From positions 103,126 to 167,125 of the forward strand of contig NIVC01002502.1 in assembly GCA_002269645.1 (NCBI GenBank): a stretch of DNA of 64,000 nt. Direction: 5' to 3'. Made by a program: the position numbers and the translations under genes. Within the stretch, counting starts at the first letter, position 1, and each line of letters begins with the position of its first letter. This document shows positions 26,050 through 37,575 of this stretch, in pieces. Source of the DNA: Macrostomum lignano (taxonomy: Eukaryota). Under the pieces are notes generated by a model, which saw only the letters and a program-made list of their open reading frames with translations, was not told where the DNA came from and made no database searches.

Positions 26050-27805
26050 CCTAGTCAATAGTGCGGTACATATAGTCAGTTTCTAGATTCCAACAATCTG
26101 GTTTGCAGAATTTTTCTGTCCATCATCAGTCGTGCAAAAAGTGCAAACAGTTTCGCACATTTGTCTGCACTATTGATTTATTATATTTTGATTACTACTC
26201 ATTCACTTGAAACCAATTTAGCTTCACATCATACAATTCAGTGCAGTCAATATCATGTTCAGCAATCTTTTTCACACATGTGGAAATCATTATTGAGTCT
26301 AGCAATCAATTTAGTTACTATATGATGCAATTCATACCTTTAAAACTCAACGACTATCACTGCTGGCATTGCATACTCAAAATTTAACTCAAATCTCAAA
26401 ATGGCTATGTTACTCTATAGTAACCCTTGCTTATTTAGCACTGAAAATTTATTCCTGTGATTCAATATGGCTGAGCAAGGCCATAGAAACCAAATGACAA
26501 ATACTGATCAGCAATAGCTGGCAACGACTAGAAGGCGCTGGCTAACATCCTAAACATCAAGAAGGGTTCGAGAAGCTTAGACTGCCAAGCTAAGGTGTGG
26601 TGGAAGAAGGCATATAAAGATGGACACCAAAATGAAAGACCTAGTCTCCCAAATTGTCATTAAGAAACCATTTGTAACTCTCATTGAAATCAATGAGCTT
26701 CTGCAGCAGAGACTGCCCAGAAAGCTGCCTGTGTCTATCTCTTACCATTGCCAGAGTGCTGGAAAGCAGCTTATCACCTGCAAAGTTGCAGGCAAGGATG
26801 CCAATGCACCTCTGGAGAGATTTTGGCTTGATGTTATTGTTGCCTAGAAGGATTTTGCCTGCTTCTTTGTTAATCTAGGGGCCAATCACAATCTTATCTT
26901 CTTAGACAAATGCAGCTACAATCTGCACAAAAGGAGAACTATTGGCAGAGCAACACGAGGTGAGTAAGTTTGACGCCAAGTATGTGGGTTAAGAGGTTGA
27001 AACTTTGTACTTATATTGGCAATCTTTTCAATGCTTAGACTTGTGCATCACTGGTTGCAACAAGAAACTATTACTTGTCAAATGTTTCAAGGGTTCATCA
27101 ATAAGCTAATGCAGCTAGTAGCTGCAATGCTGCTAAACAATGAAACCTGCACTATCATCTTTGATAGCATCAGACTACAGCTTTGTATTTCTGTACCATA
27201 GCAGTTTGCTAGCCAATTCCGATTGGGCATATTGCCAGCCTATAGCCCAATGTTAAACCCAGGTTTACAGCTACTTCAAAGCTGCCATTAAGTGGGAACT
27301 TGCCAAACCTACCATGGTGCATCAAATAGCTGATGCTAAAAATAATTGCCAGAATGAAGGCTTTAGCCTCTGAGACTGGCATGCAAAGATTCTAATCCAA
27401 GTAGGTAGAATTGCTTTAAGACACTATCACCATTTGAAGTATCAAAACTGGTGTGACTGTCTACTTCATGCCTGACTCACTAGCGGACAGGCCAATCATC
27501 AATGGATAATTAATAATTTATTGAACTCTTTTTGATATTGTTGATGTGATTTTGAGTTGATTTTGAGTTTGAACCAGACAGTTAACAAGATTGCTGCACA
27601 CAATTATTGACTTGTATTGGTTTGATATGAAGCTAAATTGGTTTCAAATGGATGAGGAGATATTGAAATATAATAAATCAATAGTGCAAACAAACGTGTG
27701 AAACTATTTGCACTTTTTGCATGACTGATGATGGACAGAAAAATTCTGCAAACCAGATTGTAAGAGTCTAGAAACTGACTATGTGTATCACACTATTGAC
27801 TAAGA
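26050..27805 (+). mobile_element. Decayed Tc1/mariner-IS630 DNA transposon, about 1.75 kb, with ~220-bp TIRs
   Basis: 26050-26272 is the reverse complement of 27583-27805 (e.g. caatctggtttgcagaatttttctgtccatcatcagtc); both ends read TA|GTCAATAG. Internal broken transposase: KDLVSQIVIKKPFVTLIEINELLQQRLP (HTH region), IFLDKCSYN (first Asp), TIIFDS (second Asp), LPAYSPMLNP. Confidence 0.9.
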
Positions 27806-30651
27806 AAGGCTAAATAATGAATTATATTAGCAAAGCTAATATAGCTTTGCTTTGGCTCCTTTGGACTTTTTTGCTTTTTAAGCTAAAAGAAGCAATCAAA
27901 GGAGTCCAACACAATGACAAAAAAAGCTACCAAAAGGCTATTATAAAGTGGCTTGTTGGGTATCTTTCTGAGTTCTATGCAAATAAGACTATATAAAAAA
28001 GTAGATTCCCATTTAAAGTTTGACATTTAGGAGAATAAATTATCATTACTTTTTTATTGATCTTTGAATATCATTATTCATTTTTGTTTGTATGATTTTA
28101 TTGTTTAAATTCATTTTTTCTAATTCTAAATATTCACTTTCAATTTCTAAAGCTTAGATAAGATTGATTTTTTGGAATTAAGATTTAAATTTTTACTAGG
28201 ACCTAGGGATTTTAAGATATGCAAGCAATATCAAAATCCTAAGCCAATGTATAAATATATATATGTATAATCTTGAATTTACTAGTTTTCTAGAATTATA
28301 TAAATAGTTATATCAAGAGCCTTCTTCCAATATAGCTTTCTTTATATTTAATTTAAATATTTTGTTGCCTTAACTTGAACTATTCAATTTGCTTCCTTTC
28401 CTTTTTTAATTTATTGCATATTACAATTTCTGATACTTGGTTGAATCTTTTAAAGACCCTACTAATTTGAATTATTGTTATAATAATTATGAGATTATGT
28501 ACTTTTTACTCATATAATGTAGTATATTCTCTTTAAAATTATATAATACTTATATTTATAGCTCTAATACTTTTTAAAAAATATCATATTTGAATTCCTA
28601 TTTAACTTTCAACATAGTGATTAGAGAAAATATTATACACATAAAATTTGTTATGCATGTTCTCTAAATTTAGTATAAATAGAAACTAAAAACTGAGAGA
28701 GTAAATAACTTGCTTGTGAGCATTTCAACTATCAACTTTCAATTTAAAAAGCTATTAATTGAATTTGCTTTGGCAGTTCAAGACTATCTATTTAACAAGA
28801 CCCCAATATTAGGAAAATTTGGTTATGCTATAGTAGAACTCTATCTATCTCTATTGATAAATAAAAAATAAAATAAGATAAATAATTGATTAATAAAAAA
28901 TAATGCCTATGATTGTACTTTGTAAATCTATCTTAAATAGGCCTACAAGCTATCTAGTTTTCTAATATTAGTATTAACTATATATAAATACCTTGTAGAT
29001 CTATTTGAACTTTTCAACAAACCTATAATATAGATTAGACCCTAAGGCCTATTAATAACTAGCCTAAGTTTTTAAAAAAAATGGAACAATTTTAAATAGT
29101 TTTTTTCTTGTAGCTGTAGCCTATTTATCATAATTCATGGAAGATAGCAAGTAATCAGATAGATAAATAGACAGGCACAGGCTTAGATATCTATATGGGC
29201 AGGAACTGATTAGAAACTATTTTAGTTATAGGCCTATTCATTTAAGCCAAATTTTATTTATAAAATTGTCTCCTGGACTCCTACATTTTAGTACTTTTAT
29301 AATGCCAATTATAATGGGACATGATTACATTGCAGATTATTTACATGCCCTAGAATACATTCGATCCAATACGGCCATACGGGATGGTATATCAACTGGT
29401 ATATTAATGTTATGCTTATGCTATTTTGGCTAGAAGTATGTTCTGTTCAATTTGAAATTTACTGTTCAACTATACTATATCTACCAGCTGATGAGCATTG
29501 AGTCCAAGCCGAATCGATACCTCTGTGCACACTACTTAGTATATGCTAGATTTACGGGCTCAAAATTTAAAATCTATAAACTCTTATGCTACACATCAAA
29601 TCGCATGTCGAGGGTTTGCGAGCTCGATCGGCATATTCGGACAGTAATAAAAAATCCAGTTTAAATTAGTGCCTAATATTGTTTTAACGAATCGACACGG
29701 GCATAAATACGCACGTATTTTAGAAGAAGTAGAAGTAGAACCATGTTACTTGGAGACTGATCGCTCTCAGAAAATACCAATATATGTACATTATTACTTT
29801 AAGTCCCTGTTAGTACATATTGAGACAGTTTTACCTTCATAATTTAGTTTTCAATAATATAGTTTAATAGTTAGTTTTGTTTATTTTAGTTTGACATGTA
29901 ATTTCCTTATGTTCTTCAAATGTATTAGAGACCGATAAGAATAACCAGGAAACATGCCGAGCAGACATGCGACATCTCGTTTGTCTCATGCGATCGTATA
30001 AATAGGGTGTACCTTTTTCATCGCATTTGTTGGTGCCATACGGGTGTATGTTCAATCAACAAGTTCGTTAATAATTTGTACTTTCAATAGCTCCTACATC
30101 AATTTCGACATTCAAGAATGTTTGCAAGTAAATATTCTTGCAAGAAAATAATCTCATTTCTAATCGATATGAATTAGGGTCCAATGAGGGTTTTCATGAG
30201 ACTATGCACCCTCATCACGTTATAAATTGATTATTTTATAGCTTTAAAGCTTTTATTGCTTTACGGTATGCCAATCTTGGTTAATTAATCGTAAATAATA
30301 AAAACGTAACCAACATACCAAGTCCTCAGTTCTACGGGGTGTACATATAATCCCCGTTATAAAAAGTTTCATCTATCTATCATGTATCCGTCTATGGTAA
30401 GGAAGGTATGCAATTGATTATCTAAAAAATAGTGCTCCTGGTACGCGTGTTTGCCGATTAAGTAAATTCAGTGTCCATGTTACTCGTGCGTTTATACCTT
30501 TGCATCCGTTAAAAAGTAAGTAAATTGTCTGATATTGTTTGCTTTCCGCATGCATGACGTGTATATGCATGAATTGTTGTTATTGAATCAGTCGGGCCTT
30601 GCCAGCTGAAGCATATCGATGAAGCAGATCAGCTTTAACTTCAAGTTAAGC

Positions 30652-30929
30652 TTAGCCCATATCTTGCTCTCTATTCAGGACTTTCATGCTGGTTGCCGGA
30701 GCAGTCGTAGTTATCGTACTTTCTCTCCTTGATAGGCAAGGCATGAAGAATCTGTAGAACTTTTTTGTGAACCCGGCAATGAACAGTACATTAGTGTAGT
30801 AGGGAATGTTGAACAGATAGGCGGACGTGCGCTCGAGGACAACGTCTGCGGAGCAAGTCAAGAATTGAACAACAAATTATATGATTCTGGTTAATTTGTT
30901 AAGTCATTTCAACTGATGGATTGATTGAG

Positions 30930-31015
<86 letters not shown>

Positions 31016-31055
31016 ATTGATTGATTGATTGATTGATTGAATGATTGAATAAATG

Positions 31056-31092
<37 letters not shown>

Positions 31093-31155
31093 CTGATTGA
31101 TTGATTGATTGATTAATTGATTGATTGATTGATTGATTGAATGATTGAATAAATG

Positions 31156-31217
<62 letters not shown>

Positions 31218-32174
31218 CAATAGATCAAAGGAATTGCAAGCAATAAAAATAGTCAATAAAAATAGTAACTAACATGCTAATGGGTGATCGATCTTATCGA
31301 TCATGCCGCTGACCAGCAACATTATTCGAGAACCGAAGAAACAAACAAAGAGTGTAATATTCATGCCCAGGATCATCGCAGCGGCCCGGATCTCGGCATT
31401 CGAATCATTAGTTGAGGCGCGAATCTCGCCACTAAACAGGACTTTGATGATGATAACAGCCGACAGGATATTCAACGCGCAGATGATGAATACAATGGCC
31501 AGAGTAAACCAATAGCTGACTAATACAAGTTTGAAATCTGTATTAATCGCGTGCATTCTCGGTATGGCACAATCGCCATAGAAAACCGTTTCTCCCAAGG
31601 TGGTAATGACTGGCTGCAAGCTAAACCAACCATCCACGGACAGCATACCCACAGTGATCGCAATAGTCAACGACAAGACCACGGCAAAGGCTTTGAGAGC
31701 TCTGTCTGCGCAAACGGTTGGCAATTCAGCGGCTCTTAGCGGATGTTTGACGCAGTAGCAACGAATCAGCGAGTTGATCGTGAGCGCGATGGGTGATAGA
31801 TAAATAGGGAAGTACAGGACCATGAAGAATGCCTTGCAGAAGATTCCCTGCATTAAAGCGTCGCTCCTTCGTCGCAGGCCCCACATTAGGGCAATAAAGA
31901 GCTGGCCAAAATTGCCTTTCACGCCCGCATTCTCAATGAACGGGTTTGTAATGTTAAAGTCCACCGTAATGAGGTCGTACAGTCGGTAGAGTGTGCTGCC
32001 GATGTCCGCTCCCAGCACCAGGAGGAACCAGCTGCGGGCTGATGGAGGGTAGCCATGGTTTCCGCGAACCAGGTAGATAACGGCCAGGGTCTGTAGCAGC
32101 AGGCCCAGGGGATAGCCGATGCTTTTCAAGATGGAAATAACGAAACTCAGCACCAGTTCAGTTTCGTAACGCAT
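30652..32174 (-). CDS. Rhodopsin-like (class A) 7TM GPCR, 364 aa, 2 coding exons
   Basis: Exon 31274..32174 (gca t|gttagt) joins exon 30652..30845 (ccgcag|ac) in phase 1. Seven hydrophobic segments; TM2 LVLGAD, FCK before TM3, LIRCYCVKHPL at the DRY position, ECL2 Cys (GDCAIP), TM7 LFNIPYYTNVLFI. The frame stays open upstream to an acceptor at 32255 and adds two N-glycosylation sequons (NRS, NLT), so the N-terminus may be longer. Confidence 0.88.
30919..31217. repeat. (GATT)n microsatellite in the GPCR intron
   Basis: Direct reading. Confidence 0.97.
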
Positions 32175-32448
32175 TCGAAAGGTGATGATGTGAGTAAGAT
32201 TTTCAGGCGAAAATAGCGAGCGATTCGCTGTGCCGTAGTAATAAAGTAGAATGGCTGAAAAATAAATTAAAAAGAAGTTTTTTAAAACCTTAATCTATTT
32301 GTTTGTCGACGTGTAAATTAAAAAGATGAGAGTTGAGAGTTAAACTATTGATGCATTGAAGCTGATCTTCGTGTACGTACATTCCTACGAATGCGTACGC
32401 CAGGCATGCGTTCATACAACAGACCTTACTTTCTCTTTCTGATCACGG

Positions 32449-32755
32449 ACAATAATAAATAATAATAATTGATTACACCTGTCCCAATTGGGCTAGATGT
32501 GCAACCGACAGCTCAGCCGCAGCTATTGCGCGGGGCATCTGAAGGCTGCGTACGGCTTTTCAGTCCAAGGACTGCATGAGTGTCGCCACTACTTCAGCTA
32601 ATGCTGGTGCCCATTTTACAGCTGGGTGAATTGAAGCAATACAGAATTAAGTGTCAATTGCTCAAGGAACCAAATTGTTCAGAGTGAGTCGAGAATCGAA
32701 CCCCCGACTTTCAAGTCGTGAGTCCAAAACCATTAGGTTGCAACCCACTAGGTTC
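32449..32755 (-). mobile_element. tRNA-derived SINE with a Deu/Nin-like central domain
   Basis: Minus strand: tRNA-like head with B box GGTTCGATTCTCG, then ttccttgagcaattgacacttaa...cacccagctgtaaaatgggcacc (resembles the conserved core of metazoan SINE superfamilies), then a (TTA)n tail. Confidence 0.75.
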
Positions 32756-33395
32756 AAGATTGTCAATTCATAACCTGTGCACAACACTGTATGCACCAGT
32801 ACACTTACATACCTGTAACGTTTCCATGAAAGAAAACCATGATTGCTCAACAAGTGTTTAGTTTGAAACAGACAAGAATCGGATTTCTTCGGATTTCAAG
32901 AATCAGATGTGTTCATTTAAATAGACGCGGTCGTGTAGCAATGGAAGCATTTTATTACCCGGCCTTCTTTGAGTCCACTGGGCGCCTAGCTGTCTTTGCC
33001 TAGAGGATCAAAGATTCGATGAGAAAAAGAAATTCCGATGAAGCCACACCCACCGGCTTTATACAGTCTGCGTGCACTGGAATATGTTTCTTAATAAATT
33101 TCACATTTTGACATCAGAAGGCAGAAGCCACATAGTCATATCTGAAAATGAGTGCAGACGCACTGAAGTCTTAGTACTTTCGCACTGACTGCATGGGTTA
33201 AGGACGCCGAAAGGGGCGCTGACAGCTACATGTACAGCCCCCAAAAAGAAAAAGATCGAACTTTCCTTAGCATGATTTTAATGAAAAAAAATCACACAAC
33301 ACAAATAAAACTTTGTATTCCTGTTTAGTAGTTTAAAATTCTTTACAAAATAAAAAAATGCGGTTCCAAATCTTATCATTATCCATGCAGTCTAT

Positions 33396-33896
33396 TTAGA
33401 ACCCATCAGCTGACTTGCTGTTATCTTCCGTTGAACTTGGCCATACGGTTGCCATGGTAACAATCGCCATAGCAACCAGAGACAGTTCGGCTAGCGCTTT
33501 CACGGCTAAGCCTAGGCCGTCTATCGGAGTGCAAGTGACTCGCCTGCGGTGCAGCTGAACGGTGCTTAGCGCGAGCACGAAACCCAACAGACCGGCCGCT
33601 GCGGCCTGAGCAGCGATCAGCAGCCGGCCCAGCAGCTTCATCGCGTTTTGGCAGCTGCGCTTGCTCACGCTGCCGCCAGACTCCAGCTGCTGGCCAGCAG
33701 AGTCTCGGCTGCGCTGTGCGAAGACGATCGACCAGGCCAGAGTTGCCAGGCCGACCGCGCCAACAGTCAGGGAGCTCGCAGCGTCCAGCGGCTCCGTCTC
33801 GGCGTTGATGACGCTCGAGTCTAGCAGAAGCATCCCGATTGAGCTGAAGCTGCACGCCAGGCTGAGCAGAGTGAGGCCCGTGCAAGCTGACGACAT
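33396..33896 (-). CDS. Single-exon orphan membrane protein with about 4 TM helices (166 aa)
   Basis: GC-rich ORF from ATG 33896 (MSSACTGLTLLSLACSFSSIGMLLL) with four hydrophobic stretches and AT-rich flanks. No family recognised. Confidence 0.6.
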   Translation of the reverse strand: MSSACTGLTLLSLACSFSSIGMLLLDSSVINAETEPLDAASSLTVGAVGLATLAWSIVFAQRSRDSAGQQLESGGSVSKRSCQNAMKLLGRLLIAAQAAAAGLLGFVLALSTVQLHRRRVTCTPIDGLGLAVKALAELSLVAMAIVTMATVWPSSTEDNSKSADGF

Positions 33897-35014
33897 GTTG
33901 CGATTTTTCGAGTTCCGATGCAAACTGGCACAATGCAGACACTCCTGATCTCGAGTAATTTATATAATGTAGAGACATTAGCTGTATCCGAGGGGCATGT
34001 TGACTCTGAAACCTGATACCAGCAAATTGCGTGTAGCTCAGACAGAGTCCCGCACCTTGGCTCGCCCTGTCTGTCCCTGCGCCTCCCCATGCATCGGGGG
34101 TAGCTTTATCGTTTCCTTTTTAGTCATCGCACATTTGCCGTGCCTGGCTTTAATTATAGTCCACGTGGGCGCTTAATTGCGCGCAGGCTAATTAAATATC
34201 AGGTGAGAAAATTAGCGAAACGCTTTGTGTCTCGCGCCGCGCCTTGGGCGAGCTGGACAAGGCAGACTACTTACCAATCTCAGTAGAATGTGACGCAAAT
34301 TTTCCCTAGGTAATTATTATCTTTGAAATTTCCCCTCATTGAATCGCTGGCTTTAAAGGGTCTGGCCACGTGGTTTCGAGAGGCCATACACAGTATACAA
34401 CTACCTATGCTTGTGCATTCGGCCTGCCAAAACTGATGGAAAGTCGACGAGGTCCCAGCAGTCTTTTCTCCTCTCGCTGAAGCTGGAAGGGGTCAGAGAA
34501 ATAGATAGGCCTGAGGTACCAGCAGTCATGGCCAGCCAGATTTCATCAGCGCCGCTGATTTAGGTTGGAATCGTGTGCACAGGCTCGGAACCTAATCCGA
34601 ATCCCTGCGCGAGTTGTTGCACCGAGCAAGTTCAACTTCATCCCCCGGCCATCCGGGAATCTCCAGAGGTCCGCGGGTTTGTTGCCATGCGACTATACTT
34701 GACTTGCTTCGCTGTGTATGTCTACTCTTGTTAACCTGCATTCCAAGCTTTTTGCCTGCCTCGAAGGTTGACTTCAAGAAGACTTTACGGCACAACCACC
34801 TGCCTCTGCTTCTAAAATTACTAATAAAGTGTATGATAATAATGGTTGTTTTTTGTGCTTCTTATTAGTACTGATTCAATGCAATGAGTACAAATGATGA
34901 TTTTTCAATATTGCTTGTGGACTGCAAGTCATGCTATCCTTGCGTCTGCATCAGCTATCGCCCTAGCTATGGTGGCTGGCGCCCTAAAATAACGCGCATT
35001 GACTGGCGCCTTGA

Positions 35015-35790
35015 AAGTTACTTTGCCAGCTACTTTGCCAGCTCGTCTGCCAGCTCCTGTGCCAGCTCCTCCGCTAGTTCCTTTGCCAGCTCCTCTGATA
35101 GTTCTTTTGCCAGCTCCTCTGATAGTTCCTTTGCCAGCTCCTCTGATAGTTCCTTTGCCAGCTCCTCTGATAGTTCCTTTGCCAGCTCCTCTGATAGTTC
35201 CTTTGCCAGCTCCTCTGATAGTTCCTTTGCCAGCTCCTCCGCTAGTTCCTTTGCCAGCTCCTCTGATAGTTCCTTTGCCAGCTCCTCCGCTAGTTCCTTT
35301 GCCAGCTCCTCTGATAGTTCTTTTGCCAGCTCCTCTGATAGTTCCTTTGCCAGCTTCTCTTCCAGCTGTTTTGCCATCACTTTTGCCATCTCCTTTGTCA
35401 TCTCCTTTGTCATCTCCTTTGTCATCTCCTTTGTCATCCCTTTTGCCAGCTCCTTTGCCAGCTACTTTTCCAGCTCCTTTGCCAGCTACTTTGCCAGCTA
35501 CTTTGTCAGCTACTTTGCCAGCTACTTTGCCAGCTACTTTGCCATCTCCTTTGCCAGCTACTTTGCCAGCTACTTTGCCAGCTCCTTTGCCATCTACTTT
35601 GCCAGCTCCTTTGCCAGCTCCTTTGCCAGCTACTTTGCCAGCTCCTTTGCCAGCTACTTTGCCAGCTCCTTTGCCAGCTACTTTGCCAGCTCCTTTGCCA
35701 GCTACTTTGCCAGCTCCTTTGCCAGCTACTTTGCCAGCTCCTTTGCCAGCTACTTTGCCAGCTACTTTGCCAGCTACTTTGCCAGCTGCT
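35015..35790. repeat. 12/24-bp periodic repeat (CCAGCTMCTTTG; CCAGCTCCTCTGATAGTTCCTTTG)
   Basis: Direct reading; all unit lengths are multiples of 3. Confidence 0.95.
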
Positions 35791-36247
35791 CTGCGGGATT
35801 TTTTCAATTCCCGGAAACTATCTGATTTAATTAAACTGCTGCGCAGATTTTCAGCTACAGGAACAGCCATCGAATTCAAGTTGGAAAATTTTGATTCAGA
35901 AAAGCAGAAGCAGACCTCAAATCACTGCGCTGTGCCCCCCCCCCCCTGCTCCGAGGAATTCGATGGAGCAGCTACTCGATGCTGCGCAGTTGCGGTCCCC
36001 CCACCAGCCAGTCTGTGTTGCATCTTCGAATGGCAAAAACCATGCAAAACTGAAATTCTGAATTTCAACGAAGCGTAATGAAAGCAAAACCTGCTCTGCA
36101 AAAATAAATCTGCACAGTTCACAGAACGGAAATGATGATTTCCTTCAGCACTTGAATCAGATTAACCTTAGGCTTGCTTCTTTTAAGTAACTAACCACTT
36201 TTACGCTGAGAGAAAAATCTGGTGTGCGAAGCAAATACAAAAGGTGC

Positions 36248-37219
36248 GGAGAGGGAGACAGGGAGAGAGAGACAGGGAGAGATGGAGACAGGGAGAGACG
36301 GAGACAGGGAGAGAGGGAGACAGGGAGAGACGGAGACAGGGAGAGAGGGAGACAGGGAGAGAGAGACAGGGAGAGATGAAGACAGGGAGAGAGAGACAGG
36401 GAGAGATGGAGACAGGGAGAGATGGAGACAGGGAGAGACGGAGACAGGGAGAGAGGGAGACAGGGAGAGAGGGAGACAGGGAGACAGGGAGAGAGGGAGA
36501 CAGGGAGAGAGGGAGACAGGGAGAGAGGGAGACAGGGAGAGATGGAGACAGGGAGAGATGGAGACAGGGAGAGAGGGAGACAGGGAGAGACGGAGACAGG
36601 GAGAGAGGGAGACAGGGAGAGAGAGACAGGGAGAGATGAAGACAGGGAGAGAGAGACAGGGAGAGATAAAGACAGGGAGAGATGGAGACAGGGAGAGACG
36701 GAGACAGGGAGAGAGGGAGACAGGGAGAGACGGAGACAGGGAGAGAGGGAGACAGGGAGAGAGAGACAGGGAGAGATGAAGACAGGGAGAGAGAGACAGG
36801 GAGAGATGGAGACAGGGAGAGATGGAGACAGGGAGAGACGGAGACAGGGAGAGAGGGAGACAGGGAGAGAGGGAGACAGGGAGACAGGGAGAGAGGGAGA
36901 CAGGGAGAGAGGGAGACAGGGAGAGAGGGAGACAGGGAGAGATGGAGACAGGGAGAGATGGAGACAGGGAGAGAGGGAGACAGGGAGAGAGGGAGACAGG
37001 GAGAGAGGGAGACAGGGAGAGATGGAGACAGGGAGAGATGGAGACAGGGAGAGATGGAGACAGGGAGAGAGGGAGAGAGGGAGAGAGGGAGAGAGGGAGA
37101 GAGGGAGACAGGGAGACAGTAAGAGGGAGACAGGGAGAGAGGGAGACAGGGAGAGAGGTAGACGGGGAGAGAGGGAGACAGGGAGACGGGGAGACGGGGA
37201 GACGGGAAGACGGGGAGAC
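36248..37219. repeat. Purine-rich 9/18-bp repeat (GGGAGAGAG/GGAGACAGG)n
   Basis: Direct reading. Confidence 0.95.
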
Positions 37220-37347
37220 AGCGAGACTGAGGCCTCTGTTGAATAGGGATGCCGTCCAGGATCCCAGCCAGCCACTAGGATAAATTTTGACTGTATAGCT
37301 GCAGAGTGGGGGTGTCTCGGAAGCCCTCAGGATACGCAACCTGATAC

Positions 37348-37521
37348 GGTGATTAGAAAGAAGAAATCTGTTGCTTTAACATGAACACAGTTTTTTGCTC
37401 CGGGATTAAGTGTCAAAACGTTCCGGACACCCCCCGCCTCGTAGTGACCTGGTTTGAAGCGTTTCTGCCAAACGCTTCCAGTCCAAGTAGAGTCAATAGT
37501 GGTCCTTGATGTCAGCGATAT
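37348..37521. mobile_element. ~170-bp dispersed element, copy 1
   Basis: Matches 39625-39798 with one mismatch seen (gatgtcag vs gacgtcag). Internal perfect hairpin GAAGCGTTT-ctgcc-AAACGCTTC at 37456-37478. Confidence 0.7.
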
Positions 37522-37575
37522 ATAAATTGCTATTCGTTTATGGAGGGTTGCGAAATTTCTCACTCTCTCCCTCAG

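Noticed and set aside
27725-27745. CTGATGA...GAAA hammerhead-like core
   Set aside because: No stem II or flanking helices; it is part of the Tc1 TIR.
32381-32407. Short upstream ATG exon (MPGVRIRRN) for the GPCR
   Set aside because: Its donor is phase 0 but the acceptor at 32255 needs phase 1.
35030-35437. LAKELSEE coiled-coil-like ORF
   Set aside because: One of several simultaneously open frames of the 12/24-bp repeat, with no unique sequence.
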